Positions 24,960 to 36,437 of a stretch of DNA of 64,000 bases are shown here, piece after piece. The translations under genes and the position numbers were made by a program. The notes beneath the pieces were generated by a model. That model was not told where the DNA came from. It made no database searches and saw only the letters and a list, made by a program, of their open reading frames with translations. The stretch's first letter is position 1; each line of letters starts with the position of its first letter. Location: the NCBI RefSeq assembly GCF_016432865.1, contig NC_067401.1, positions 321,842,001 through 321,906,000 on the forward strand. The letters run 5' to 3'. The DNA comes from Antechinus flavipes. Its lineage: Eukaryota.

Positions 24960-26800
24960 ACAATTAACAAATCAACCAGCATTTTAAAAGTATCTGCTAA
25001 GTGCCAGACATTCTTTTTTTTAAAATTAAAGCTTTTTAATTTTCAAAATATATTCATGGATCATTTTTCAACATTAATTCTTGTAAAACCTTATGTTCCA
25101 ATCCTCCCCTCCCCCATTCCTCCCATCTCTTTCCCTAGATGGCAAAAAATCCAATATATGTTAAACATGGTAAAATATATGTTAAATCCAGTATTTGCAT
25201 GCATATTTATACAATTATCTTGCTGCACAAGAAAAGTCAAATCAAAAAGGAAAAAGTGAAAAGATAATAAAGTGCAAGTAAGCAACAAAAAGAGTGAAAA
25301 TGCTATGCTGTGATCCACACTCAGTTCCCACAGTCCTGTCTCTGGATGTAGAAGTCTCTCTTCATCACAAGATCATTGGAACTGGCCTGAATCATCTTAT
25401 TGTTGAAAAGAGCCACATTCATCAGAATTGATCATAGTGCAACTCTGTTGTTTCCATGTACAACGATCTCCTGATTTTGCTCATTTCATTTAGCATTAGT
25501 TCATGTAAGTCTCTCCAGGCCTCACAGAAATCATTCTGTGGATCATTTCTTATAGAACAATAATATTCCATAACATTTATATACCATAACTTATTAAGCC
25601 ATTCTCCAACTGATGGGTATCCACTCACTTTCCAGTTTCTTATCACTACAAAAAGGGCTGCCACAAACATTTTTGCACAAGTGGGTCTTTTTCCCTCCTT
25701 TAAGATCTCTTTGGGATATAAACCCAGTAGAAACATTGCTGGATCAGAGGGTATACGCAGTTTGATAGTCCTTTGGGCATAGTTCCAAATTGCTCTCCAG
25801 AATGGTTGGATCACTTCACATCTTTTCCTGTCATCTTAGCCAATCTGAGAGGTATGTAGTAGTATCTCAGACTTGTCTTTGTGTTTCTCGGATTAATAAT
25901 TAGTTAGAGCACCTTTTCACATGACTATAAATGGTTTTAACTTCTTCATCTGAAAACTGTTCATATCGGTTTGACCATTTATCAATTGGAGAATTAAGTG
26001 CAAACATTCTTTAGGGGCTAGAGACAGAAAGTAAAAAAAAAATTAAATAGTCCCTGCTCCCAGGGAATTTATGTTCTATAAAAGAAGATACTAAGCACAT
26101 TGATGAGTATGTACAGAATACACATTAAATAAATATAAAGAAGTTAAATGCAAAGTAGAGAAACATTAGCAGTTGGGAATATCAGGAAAGACTTCATGTA
26201 GAAAAGTAGTAATTAAACTGCATCTTGAAATTAATTGAGAGATTATATGAGGCAAAGGTGTGGAGAAACAAAGTGCATTCCAGGCAAGAGGAATGATGGC
26301 CAGAGTAAATAAAGTCCTGGTGACAGGATATGGAATGTTTGCATGAAGAAAGAGCTCAGTTTACCTTGATTGTAGAAGTGAAGTTAGAAAAATATTTTGG
26401 GACCAAATAGGAAATATACATGTGGAGAATAGAATGGAATGGAGAGAAACTTGAGGCAGACAGACTGATTAGTACTTAATTATATCAGGTAAAAAGTGGC
26501 AAATATCTGAACTAAGGTAGTAGATATGTGAGTAGAAAAGTAGCAGAGAGGTAGAAATGAAATGATTTGACAACTAATTGGATATTTGGGGTCAAGAAGA
26601 GAGAGGAACAGAGGATAATGCTGAGGTTATGAATCTAGGAGACTAGAAATCTAGGGGACAGAAGTAAGAAAGATCAAAGTAGGGATAAGTTTTTGGGGAA
26701 AAAAATTCAGACATTTTGAATATGAGATCTCCATGAAAACCCAGTTTGAAATATTCAATGGACAACTAGTAATGCAGGCCTAGAACTCAGAAGGGAGAAG
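24960..26800. mobile_element. L2 remnant split by the L1 at 25017-25994
   Basis: L2 end motif AATCAACCAGCATTT...CTAAGTGCCAGACATT resumes after the L1 as ...GGGGCTAGAGACAG...GTCCCTGCTCCCAGGGAA. Confidence 0.6.
25017..25994 (-). mobile_element. 5'-truncated L1 (ORF2 C-terminus plus 3' UTR)
   Basis: ORF2-like IQPFWRAIWNYAQR...GEWLNKLWYINVMEYYCSIRN; degenerate TSD TAAGTGC(C/-)A(G/A)ACATTCTTT at 24998-25016 and 25995-26012. Confidence 0.92.
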
Positions 26801-27371
26801 CTTGACACGTTTTGGTATAAATTTAAAGAAACTTGGGTTCTAGCCTTGATTTTGAAAGTCACATGATAAATAACCTTGGGTGAGTCACATAAAAACTCCA
26901 GGCTTCAATTTCTTCCTCTCTAAAATTAGGAGATAAATATATCTAAGTCTCTATACATTTAAAAATCTAGAACTTTGAATTTTTTTGTCATAATAATTAA
27001 CACACTGCTAGATACAGTACATTCTTACTTTCTGAAAAGCTCTCATACTTATCATTTAGTGACTATGTCTGATTTTGCCTTGGCAACAAGTCTGATTCAA
27101 GGCAGAGCTTTTGTGTCACAAACAAAGAAACTATCACATTTGCTGGTTGCTTGGCCTGTTGAGGGTCATCCTCCCACATAGTAGCAATGAGATCAAACTG
27201 ACATAATAAATTATCTGATCAGCCTGCTCATGGAAGCATATTATATTCAAACCATAAACCTGTTTAGTTTCTGAAATACCTACCACTACTTTTTGGTTTA
27301 AATTACCCTAATATAATCAGATTTGGGAGAAACTGAGTTCATTCAGATAATAAGGAAGCTTTCAGAGGCTA

Positions 27372-27435
27372 TTTGACCCAGCAGTGTTTCTACTGGGTTT
27401 ATATCCCAAAGAGATCTTAAAGGAGGGAAAGGAAC
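27372..27435 (+). mobile_element. Isolated 64-bp internal L1 ORF2 fragment without tail
   Basis: TTTGACCCAGCAGTGTTTCTACTGGGTTTATATCCCAAAGAGATCTTAAAGGAGGGAAAGG, homologous to the other L1 copies; flanks non-L1. Confidence 0.85.
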
Positions 27436-27603
27436 ATGATGCCTATATTGGGATAGTAATAAAAAGTTTCTTCTTTCATACAAGAAGGGGATTTGATTTA
27501 TATGAAAAACTCTTGGTGGGTTTTGATTTTTTAAAAATAACTTCTATAAATTCCTCAATAGCACAGGAAATTAATCACATAATGCAAGATTATTCTGCAA
27601 GGC

Positions 27604-28402
27604 TAGTGGTTCTCAAAGTTGGCCTTTGGACACCTGAGAGACCCTAGGAACTTTTAAGGATCAAGGTAAAAACTTTTTTTTTCATAATATTACTGATATT
27701 TGACTACTAAAATAGTCCTCCCCTTTTTAACTCCATGTATATGTGAAGCTAAATTTTCTTCATACACTTCAAGTAAATCAATATTCACAGCAGATTGGAT
27801 GCAGAATCAGATATGGCAACTCAACTGTTTTTATTAAGTGAATCATTAAAGAGATTTGCAAAAATATGTAAAGCAATCTCACTTTTCTTAATATTTTTTT
27901 TGTTTTGGAAAATGTAGTTATTTTTTCATTAAAATGTTACTCATGTTAACATTTAATGGGTTTATTATTGTTGTCATTCCATTATTATTTAGTCATGTCT
28001 AACTCTTTATGATCCCGTTTGGGATTTTCTTGGCAAAGATACTGGTTTGCCTTTCCTTCTCCAGCTATTTGACAGATGAGGAACTAAGGCAAAAAAGTGA
28101 CTTGCCTAGAGTTATACAGCTAGAAAATGTCTGAGGTCAGATTTTAGCTTAGGAAGATGAGTCTTGAGCCAGTACTCTATTCACTATATATATTACCTAG
28201 TTGCTTTTAATGTATTGTATCCCATGTGAAGTTTATTATTACTTTAATATGAATAAAAATACTTTGAAATTTTATGTTTTTACTTCTATTATGATAAATA
28301 TCAATCTACGTATAAAACCCACATAAATAGAAGCTGTTTGGTGTTCTCAATTATTTTTAAGGTTGGAAAATAATCCTAAAACAAAACATCTGAAAACCTT
28401 CA
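27604..28402 (+). mobile_element. Non-autonomous hAT-Charlie (Charlie1-like) DNA transposon, interrupted by a MAR1 SINE
   Basis: Starts (C/T)AGTGGTTCTCAAAGT; internal CAGATTGGATGCAGAATCAGATATG...TTAAAGAGATTTGCAAAAA and AACCCACATAAATAGAAGCT motifs typical of this family; decayed right TIR. Confidence 0.75.
27975..28203 (-). mobile_element. MAR1-type SINE nested in the Charlie element
   Basis: GGGATTTTCTTGGCAAAGATACTGG...CCTTCTCCAGC...GACAGATGAGGAACTAAGGC...TTACCTAGTTGC. Confidence 0.8.
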
Positions 28403-29279
28403 TTCTATGCTGTTGAGTTGTAAATAAACAGACTTAGACATTAGTAGCTATATGGTTTTTCCAAGATAAGTAGCTGTTTAGTTTCTTTTTCTTCTTCCTC
28501 ATTCCTTTCTTTTCAGAGGGTCTATTTTTTGGTGAGAAATGAGGTAGAGGTTTCCACTAAAAGAAAATAATCACCTAGGACTTTGAAGAGAGAAGAGACT
28601 TTGATCTATATAGCTTATCTTGCTACTGATTACATGTATGATTATTACAATTAAATTAATAATTTAATCCACCATTTCACTTTACTTTGGTTGTATCAAT
28701 GATGTCTAAGAACGGGAAGTGAAATCAAAGGCTTTGCTTCTTGGGAAAAAAAATTATTGCTTTTTCCATTGGGCCTCTTCAAGAGAACAGTAGATCACGG
28801 TGAGGGGGAAGGGATATAGTTATTTTTCATCCAACCCAGGCGATGACATCTTGTAGCATAGCAACCCAACCAGTAGAAAATACTGTGACCAGTAGAGCAG
28901 CCCAGAGAGGACTGCTAAGGAATCAATATGAACTACAAAAATGACCAAGCCCAATGGAGTGGCTTAAGAAAAAAAATTCAGTGGAGTCCTGCAGTGATAG
29001 AAGCGTGAGTTGATTTAGATACACATATTCTCAGTATGTAAGCCTATCTACCAGAATATTTTTTTTGTGTATTCACTTATCCTATTGATGCTACCTGAAC
29101 TTAGAAAGATTTTACCCCAGATTTATGGGGAGAGTGTTTTGTTACTTGTTTAAACTATGCCATTTCAGTAAATGCCTTTGCTTTGAGCTAATTGTAACAG
29201 CTGGGTTTTTTGGTAAAATTTTTTCTTTTATACCTAAATACAAAATGCAAAAAGGAAAAAAAATTGCCTTATACACAAG

Positions 29280-29745
29280 TGTAGAGTGCTGCAGATAGTG
29301 GGGGAACTCTGGGTAAGGTATAAGACTCTTCAGCCCAGAGGGAACCTGCTGACAATGTCTGGTTTGGCTCTCATCTCCCCTTGGTGTCTCTCATCCTTCC
29401 TGAGAAGTCAAGAAGGGTGTGACCACTTGTGTTCTACTTGAAGCAAGGGATACTTAGAGTGCATACCAATAGCAGGGTGTTTATAGTTAATACTTGAGCA
29501 GTGTGCTGTGGTGATGTGATCATACTAAGGTATTTAATGGCTGAGAGGACTTGAAATAGGGGGAATCCATCTGTGACCATCCTCGTGGGTCTCCTGCCTT
29601 CTTCACTTCTCCACTAAGACCAAGACTCTAGTTGGTCCTGATATCCTCCAGAGAGCTTGTCTGGACAGTATATTTTGAAACCCCAGCTTGAGGGCTCTAG
29701 AAAGCATAGTACTTTTTGACAATCCAATTTAGGGGCTCTAAAAAG
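29280..29745 (+). mobile_element. ERV LTR remnant followed by two degenerate tRNA-Lys(1,2)-like primer-binding sites
   Basis: Begins TGTAGAGTGCTG. 3' part CTTCACTTCTCCACTAAGACCAAGAC...GAGAGCTTGTCTGGAC resembles the LTR at 47647. Followed by TTGAAACCCCAGCTTGAGGGCTCT and TTGACAATCCAATTTAGGGGCTCT (cf. TGGCGCCCAACGTGGGGCTC). Confidence 0.6.
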
Positions 29746-31205
29746 CACACTATACATTCAACATAAAACAATAAATTTCCATTCCAAGAAAACCTATATA
29801 ATAAATACTACCCACTGTGTTCAGAAAGATTTTCTTTGCTTCCTTGTTGGTTTTCTTTTTTTCATACATATATATGTAAGACACAAATAAGTGTTTATTT
29901 TCACTTGTCATCTGTTTTTCTGAAGAATAACATCTTCCTTCATAAGTCCAAGTCTTCCATGCTTTTCTAAACAGCAATATTGCTTTATGGATTGAAATAG
30001 CATTTTTCTTCATAGGATCTTCTGTATAGAAATTGCATTTTTTTCTCCATAGGATCTTTGAGGTTAATTTGAGTATAATTACTTGGTTACTTAAAGTTAT
30101 TCTTAAAACAATACTGCTATTGCAATATACAATGCTCTCTTGGTTCTACTCAATTTGCTCTTCATTATTTCATTACTTAATGCTTTTCTAAAATCAGTGA
30201 GCTTATTATTTCTTATTATTATTTCTGTAATAATATTATTATTACAAGAGTAATATTGCATCATGGACATATTCCATAATTTCCCCAAATGATGGACATT
30301 TATGTAATTTTCTTTTCTTTGTTACCACAAAGAGAGAGCTGCTATAGATATTCTAGAACATGTATAGTCTTTTCTGTTTTCCCTTATTATTTTTGGGAAA
30401 AGACCTAATAGTGCTATTTCTGGGTTAAAAGTTATAAACTGTTTAATAACTTTCTGGGCATAATTCCAAATCTCTTTCCAAAATGGTTAGATTAGCTCAA
30501 AAATCCACCAACTACAAATTAAGGTTCCAATTTTTCCACATCCCCTCCAACATTTATTACTTTCCCCTTCTATCATTTTAGCCAGTCTGATAGGGTACAA
30601 TGATATCTCAGAGTTGTTTTAATTTGCATTTCTCTAATCAATAATGATATGGAGTATCTTTTCATAATATAAATAATTTTGATTTCTTCATTGGAAAATT
30701 GCTTATCCATATCCTTTGACTATTTATCTGCTGGGGAATGACTCACATTCTTATAGATTTGACAGTTCTTTATATATTATTTATTTGAGATCTGAGGAAC
30801 TATCTATAAAGTGTTTCCCCCCAGGTTTTATGCTTTCCTTTTGATCTTGACTATATTTGTTTTATTTGTACAAAACCTTTTTAGTTTAACATAATCAAAA
30901 TCATCCATTTTACATCTCATAATACTATCACTTGTTTGTTCATCACCAATCTATAAGTCTGATAGGTAATATGTTCCACATTCTTAAATTTTTTTGTAAA
31001 AGCTCCCTTTATATCTAGTTCATGTATCTGTTTTGATCTTATCTTGGCAAAAGATATAAGATATGAGTCTATATCTAATTTCTGTAAGGCTGCTTTCCAG
31101 TTTTCTCACTTTTTTTTTTTTCACCGAATAATGAATTCTTATCCCCAAAACTTAAGCCTTTGTACTTATAAAACACTGGGTAACTACATATTTGATGCTA
31201 TAGAT

Positions 31206-31414
31206 CAGTGGTTCTCAAACTTTTGTTTTCAGTATCTTTATCCTGTTAAAAATTATTGAGGATCTCTCCAAAGCATTTTTGTGTATCTGGATTATATTTA
31301 TAGACATTTACCATATTGGAAATAAAAACTGTTTTTGAATTTGTAGCCAGCCCTGGCTTTAAAAGGGTTTCAGAGATCCCCAGGATTCTCTAGATCATAC
31401 TTTGAGAACCACTG
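31206..31414 (-). mobile_element. Short hAT-Charlie element (internally deleted) nested in old L1
   Basis: Perfect 14-bp TIR CAGTGGTTCTCAAA / TTTGAGAACCACTG; 8-bp TSD CTATAGAT vs CTGTAAAT (6/8); homologous to the ends of the 27604 element. Confidence 0.85.
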
Positions 31415-32419
31415 CTGTAAATTGTGTGTTTACTCTGTTCCACTGATTTTCTATTTCTCAGTCAGTACTAGATGGTTTTGATAATTAATGACTTATAATA
31501 TAGTTTAATATTGGCTACTGCTAAACTTAACTTCCTTTACATTTTTATTATTCGTTCCTTTAATAATCTTGACCTTTTGTTCTTCCAAATTAATTTTGCT
31601 GTTATTTTTTTCTAGTTTCACAAAATATTTTTGGTAATTTAATTGGCAATAGATTGTAAAAATTAAATAGATTAATTTTGATAAAATTGTTATTGTTGTT
31701 CTATTAGTCCTGCCTAACCATAAAGAATTATTATTTCTCCATTTATTTAAATTTGATTTTAGTTGTGTACAAAGTTTTTTTTTAATAGAATTATTAATAT
31801 AGATCCTGAATTTGTTTTCCTCTATTCCTAGGTACTTTATACTATCTAGAATTATTTTAAATAGTATGTTTCTAGCTATCTCTTCCTGTAGAATAATGTT
31901 AGTAATATATAGGAATGCTGATGATTTATGTGGGTCTATTTTATAACCTTCTCTTTGCTAAAATTATTAATTATTTCAATTAACTTTTTAGTTGGGTCTT
32001 TAGAGTTTTTCAAGCATATCTCATATCATCTGCAAAAAGAGAACATTTTATTTCTCATCCTTTATTCTGATTCCATTTATTTTGCTTCTCTTATTGCTAC
32101 TGCTAGGATTTCCAATATAATATTAAATAATATTGGTGACAGTGGGAGCTGGCTAACTATTAAAAGTAAAACACATTATTTGGGACTCATGAATTAAAGT
32201 TTTATTAGCATAGAACAACAAAGTACCTTGCACTTAGGACAGGCATTCTTTGGGGGATCCAACATGTTAGTGCAAGTTAGGAAGATGGCCTAGAGGGAAC
32301 ACTATGTAATCATCCAACCAAAATGATATTTGCTTTGCATAAACACTAAATTTATGTCAGCTATGTATCCAACCCTATATTATCAGCTGCCAGAGTGACA
32401 TTCCTGAAGTATAGGTCTG

Positions 32420-32445
32420 ACTCTCTCTCTCTCTCTCTCTCTCTC
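32420..32445. repeat. (CT)n microsatellite
   Basis: Direct reading. Confidence 0.9.
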
Positions 32446-32537
32446 GCTGTATATATATGTACTCACCTGTTCAGTGAACTCTAGTGGCTTTATATCAACT
32501 CTAGGCTCAAAAGTCAGCCCCTTACTTTGCAACTTAA

Positions 32538-32679
32538 TTTTTTTTTTTTGTTGTTGAGGCAATTGGGGTTAAGTGACTTGCCCAGCTAAGAAATGTTAAG
32601 TGTCTGAGGTCAAATTTGAACTCAGGTCTCCCTGACTTCAGGGCTGGTGCTCTATCCACTGTGCTACCTAGCTGCCCCC
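32538..32679 (-). mobile_element. WSINE1-type SINE with a 10-nt internal deletion
   Basis: T-tail...GAGGCAATTGGGGTTAAGTGACTTGCCCAGCTAAG...CTATCCACTGTGCTACCTAGCTGCCCC; approximate TSD CAACT(T)AATTT. Confidence 0.88.
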
Positions 32680-32834
32680 TTCCAACTAATTTCAACACGT
32701 TTTCTGAAGCTTGTTAAACATTACTCAACCTTACAACTCTATAGTCTTGCCAAATTGACCTTCTTACAATTTCTCATATGCATATGCTTCCTCATAATTA
32801 GAATGTTCTCCATCTTCCACACTATCTCTTAGAA

Positions 32835-33115
32835 TCCCAAGTTTCCTTTTCCAGAGACCAAATGGTCCAAATAATGGACAGAATAGAAACCAATGATTCC
32901 ATAAGGCAACAAGAAATACTAAAAGAAATAGAAACCAATGATTCCATAAGGCAACAAGAAATACTAAAACAAAGCCAAAAGTTTCAAGAAACAAAAAAAA
33001 ATGTAAGGCATTTAATAGGAAAACAATCTACAAAATACATGGAAGAGAAGAAATTTAAAGGGTCACTGTACTTTCTGAACACCATAACAAAAAATTAAAC
33101 AAACAAACAAAAACC
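32835..33115 (+). mobile_element. L1/HAL1 ORF1 fragment carrying a 45-bp tandem duplication
   Basis: Translation IETNDSIRQQEILKQSQKFQETKKNVRHLIGK resembles the marsupial L1 ORF1 coiled-coil end. Confidence 0.65.
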
Positions 33116-33744
33116 TAGACCGACTGATTGATGGGGCAGGGTGAGAGCAAAAGAGAGAAACTTTCTTCTCTCCTCAAAAGTGATTACCTCTTAAGAATTG
33201 GGATTCTTCTATTATTATATTAGACTGATCTATTGCTGGATTGCTGAAATGGCTGCCTTTTTAAAAAAAATACGTGGTCCCTATTTTTATACATAGATCT
33301 CATTCTTTTAGTGTATCAAAAGATATTTCCCATGTGGCATCATTTGCCTTCATCCAGTCGACAGAAACCTACAACTTCTCAAATTGATCTATAACTTATA
33401 CATTTTAGTAAGATTATAGGAAAATTCCTTAACTCTAGTTTGCACTGTTGATTGATGGAATGATTTAGTTGAGGCCTCTGGGATTTTTATGGTCACATAA
33501 GGTGAGCTGTATAGAATTTCCACTTTTCCAAAGTTTTACCCCTGACACATATGACTATATGATCTTGGATAAATCACTAACCTCTAAGTGCTTGCTGCAA
33601 ATACTTCCCTAAGACTATTTGCAAAGTAGCTGCTAACCTGCAAGGAATTTCCTTATTGGGTATTTTCTACATCAATGATATCAAGCTCTGGTTGTTTCAA
33701 CTCTGAATTTTTCTTAAAAATTAGGCGAGTTCCTCCTTTCAACC

Positions 33745-34150
33745 AATCAATCAACACACTTTTATTAAGTATCTTATTTGTGTCTGACACTGTATTAAAT
33801 GTTGAGGATACAAAAAGAGGCAAAATACAGTTTCTGATCTCAAGGACCTTACAGTCTAATTGGAGAAGACAACATCCAAACAAAAATATATTATATAGAT
33901 AGATAGACAGATAGATAGATAGATATAAATATAAAGTAAGAAGTAATTAACAGAGGAAAGGCCTGAGAATTAAGAGGGATTGGAGAAGGCTTCTTTGTAA
34001 AAGAAAGTATTTAGTTAGGACTAAAGGAAACTAAGGAGGTCAGTAGGCAGAGTGGAGGAGGGAGAGCATTTCAGGCATGAGTGGCAGGCAAAGAAAATGT
34101 TGGCAGCAGAGATATTTCTTGTTCTTGGAATGGCAAAGAGGCCATTAAAT
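33745..34150. mobile_element. L2 remnant with embedded (GATA)n
   Basis: CAATCAATCAACACACTTTTATTAAG...CTCAAGGACCTTACAGTCTAATTGG; GATA repeat at about 33895-33925. Confidence 0.6.
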
Positions 34151-34576
34151 ACAAAGAATATGAAGAAAAGTAAAAAGAATGAGTAGAAATTGAGTTTGTG
34201 ATGAAATAAGTTTATCTTTGCCTCAAAGTAAATCTTTGGTTTAGTGTTTATATCTAATCAGATTATAACAATTGAAAGAATATAGAGAGAAAGTAAATTG
34301 TTGGTGTTGCAATTATTTTTTAGAGTAGAAATTTCAGCTTAAAGGAAAGGAACTCTGAAAAAAGAGTCTGAAATTATACAGTATCTAATCAATTCAATGG
34401 GATAATAATACTAAGAGCTCACTTTTATATAGTGTGTTAAGATATGCAAAGTACTCTATAAATATCTCACTTGATTCTCACAATGCTTTGAGGCAAATCC
34501 TGTTTTTAGAGCTGAGGAAACAGACTGAGAAAGGTTGAGTGATTTGCCCAAGATGACACAACTACTAAATAGGATA

Positions 34577-34582
<6 letters not shown>

Positions 34583-34652
<70 letters not shown>
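34583..34652. repeat. (CT)35 perfect microsatellite
   Basis: Direct reading. Confidence 0.97.
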
Positions 34653-34655
<3 letters not shown>

Positions 34656-36314
34656 CCCTGCCATCTTTGTCTTTCCAAGGGAAACAATGCCAAAGAAAAA
34701 CATTCTTCTTTATAAAGCAAGTTTCCTAAATTCAACTCATGACTAGAAAGAAATAAACTTCTGTTATCCTTAAAAAGCAAAATTTCAGTTTTGGAGAGGT
34801 ACTTGGCTACCACCTGGTGGTTTTAATTTGAACATATTTTCAAGTGGAATAATTTTCAGCTATAACAAATTTGCTTCAAATTAGAAGATCATATTTACTT
34901 CAGCAAAAAATAAAATCTGGACCAATACAAGTAAATAGGAAAAACCACGGGAAAGACATTTATTTCATGTAACTGTTATATGTATATGTCTATTTTTGAC
35001 ATCACATTTTTTTAAGGAAAGATTGATGATTAGAAAGCAATTCTAAATTTCAGGGAAGAATTAAACTTTGAGGAAGAATAAAAGGTGTCTTCAGGAAGAA
35101 TGATAAAGTGGAGATTTTCTTCTGCATAGGGAAACATCATTAAAGAACAGAAATGTTAGTGGGAGAAGGAAACAAAAGGATCAGTCAGAAGAAACTTGAG
35201 GCAAATGCTTAGTGATGAGGTGGGGAGTAGGAGGAAATCTAATGTATTTTCAGCTTTTTAAAAGATTTTGCTCAGAAAGGATGTAGCAAACAATAGAGAA
35301 ATTTGACATAATAAAATCAATCAACAATACACATTGTTCTAAAACTTTTGTCATTCTAAAACTTTTCAATTTACTTAAGAACATCAACTGTCATTGTTTT
35401 AACATTAAAAAATTAAATGTACCCAAATTACTGTTAATCAAATTCATATCTAGGCTTATCATGAATATATTAATCATCGAGGAAAATTTAACACCAAACA
35501 AGTAAGTCATACATGGCACCTATTCCCATCCCCCTATTCCAAGGCATTTTATAGCTAATGATTACTGCCAACAGTGAAAGTTCTGAGATCAGTTTTACCA
35601 GCTTCTTTTCTTTTGCAAGTACAAACAGGTATGGCTCTGTTGATTTCTGTCTTCTATTTGTTATAATGAGTTCCAGAAATTTTGTTCATTGCTTTTAATT
35701 ATGGATAATAATATAGTTGGTAAAGTTCAACCTTCCCATATCTGCCAAAACTATAACCCTCACAATGACTTTGGTCCATGTGCCTATAAGACATTAATCT
35801 CTGAAAATACAGTGAGTAAAATAAATATGAAAAGAGTGAAAACTTTTGGAAATTTCAAATTCATACAATCCATTACTTACAGTACTGTGAAGGAAACTAG
35901 AATGATACAAATGTAGCATTGTTTCTACTATCATACAAGTGTGAGAAATGCACCATTAATAGCCATGGCTCAGGAAGGAAGGACAGAACAATGTCCTTGA
36001 TTATTTAATGATAATAATGACAACTAGAATTTGTATAGAGTTTTAAGATTTACAAAGCATTTTAAAAATATTATTTCATTTCATCTTCAGGACAACCCTG
36101 GGAGGTGGATATCATTATCCTCACTTAAAAGATGAGGAAACTGAGACACAGAGAAGTTAAGTGGCTTGCTCAGGGACACACAGATGGTTAGTGACAGAGG
36201 TGGGCTTTAAAATTAGTTCTTCCTGACTCCAGATCTAGAACTCTATCAGTTATATCACCTGACTAGCTACACATTTTATTTTATTTTTTTGTATAGATAT
36301 ATAAAGTGTAGCTG

Positions 36315-36437
36315 ACACCAGAGGAAAGAGTAGGGCTAGTGACTTTGTACAACCCTGCTTTACTTAAATTCAATTCACTTGCAAGTCAACACATCATCTT
36401 CCTTATGTAATTAGCTTTCTTCAAGAAAGAAGAACCA
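36315..36437. mobile_element. RTE-SINE/WALLSI-type fragment whose end is split by the adjacent L1
   Basis: CCTGCTTTACTTAAATTCAATTCACTTGCAAGTCA...CTTTCTTCAAGAAAGAAG; continues after the L1 as GAAGGACCACCAACAA. Confidence 0.6.

Larger units (their letters stand above)
29205..32150 (-). mobile_element. Older decayed L1 (3' UTR plus part of ORF2), host to nested LTR and Charlie insertions
   Basis: Reverse-strand L1 motifs CATTTCTCTAATCAATAATGAT, ATCATATCATCTGCAAAAAG, TAATATTGGTGACAGTGGG; T-rich 3' end near 29205. Boundaries approximate. Confidence 0.7.

Noticed and set aside
32882-32969. Tandem repeats (also 9963-10015) as CRISPR-like arrays
   Set aside because: Eukaryotic DNA; units are contiguous with no unique spacers
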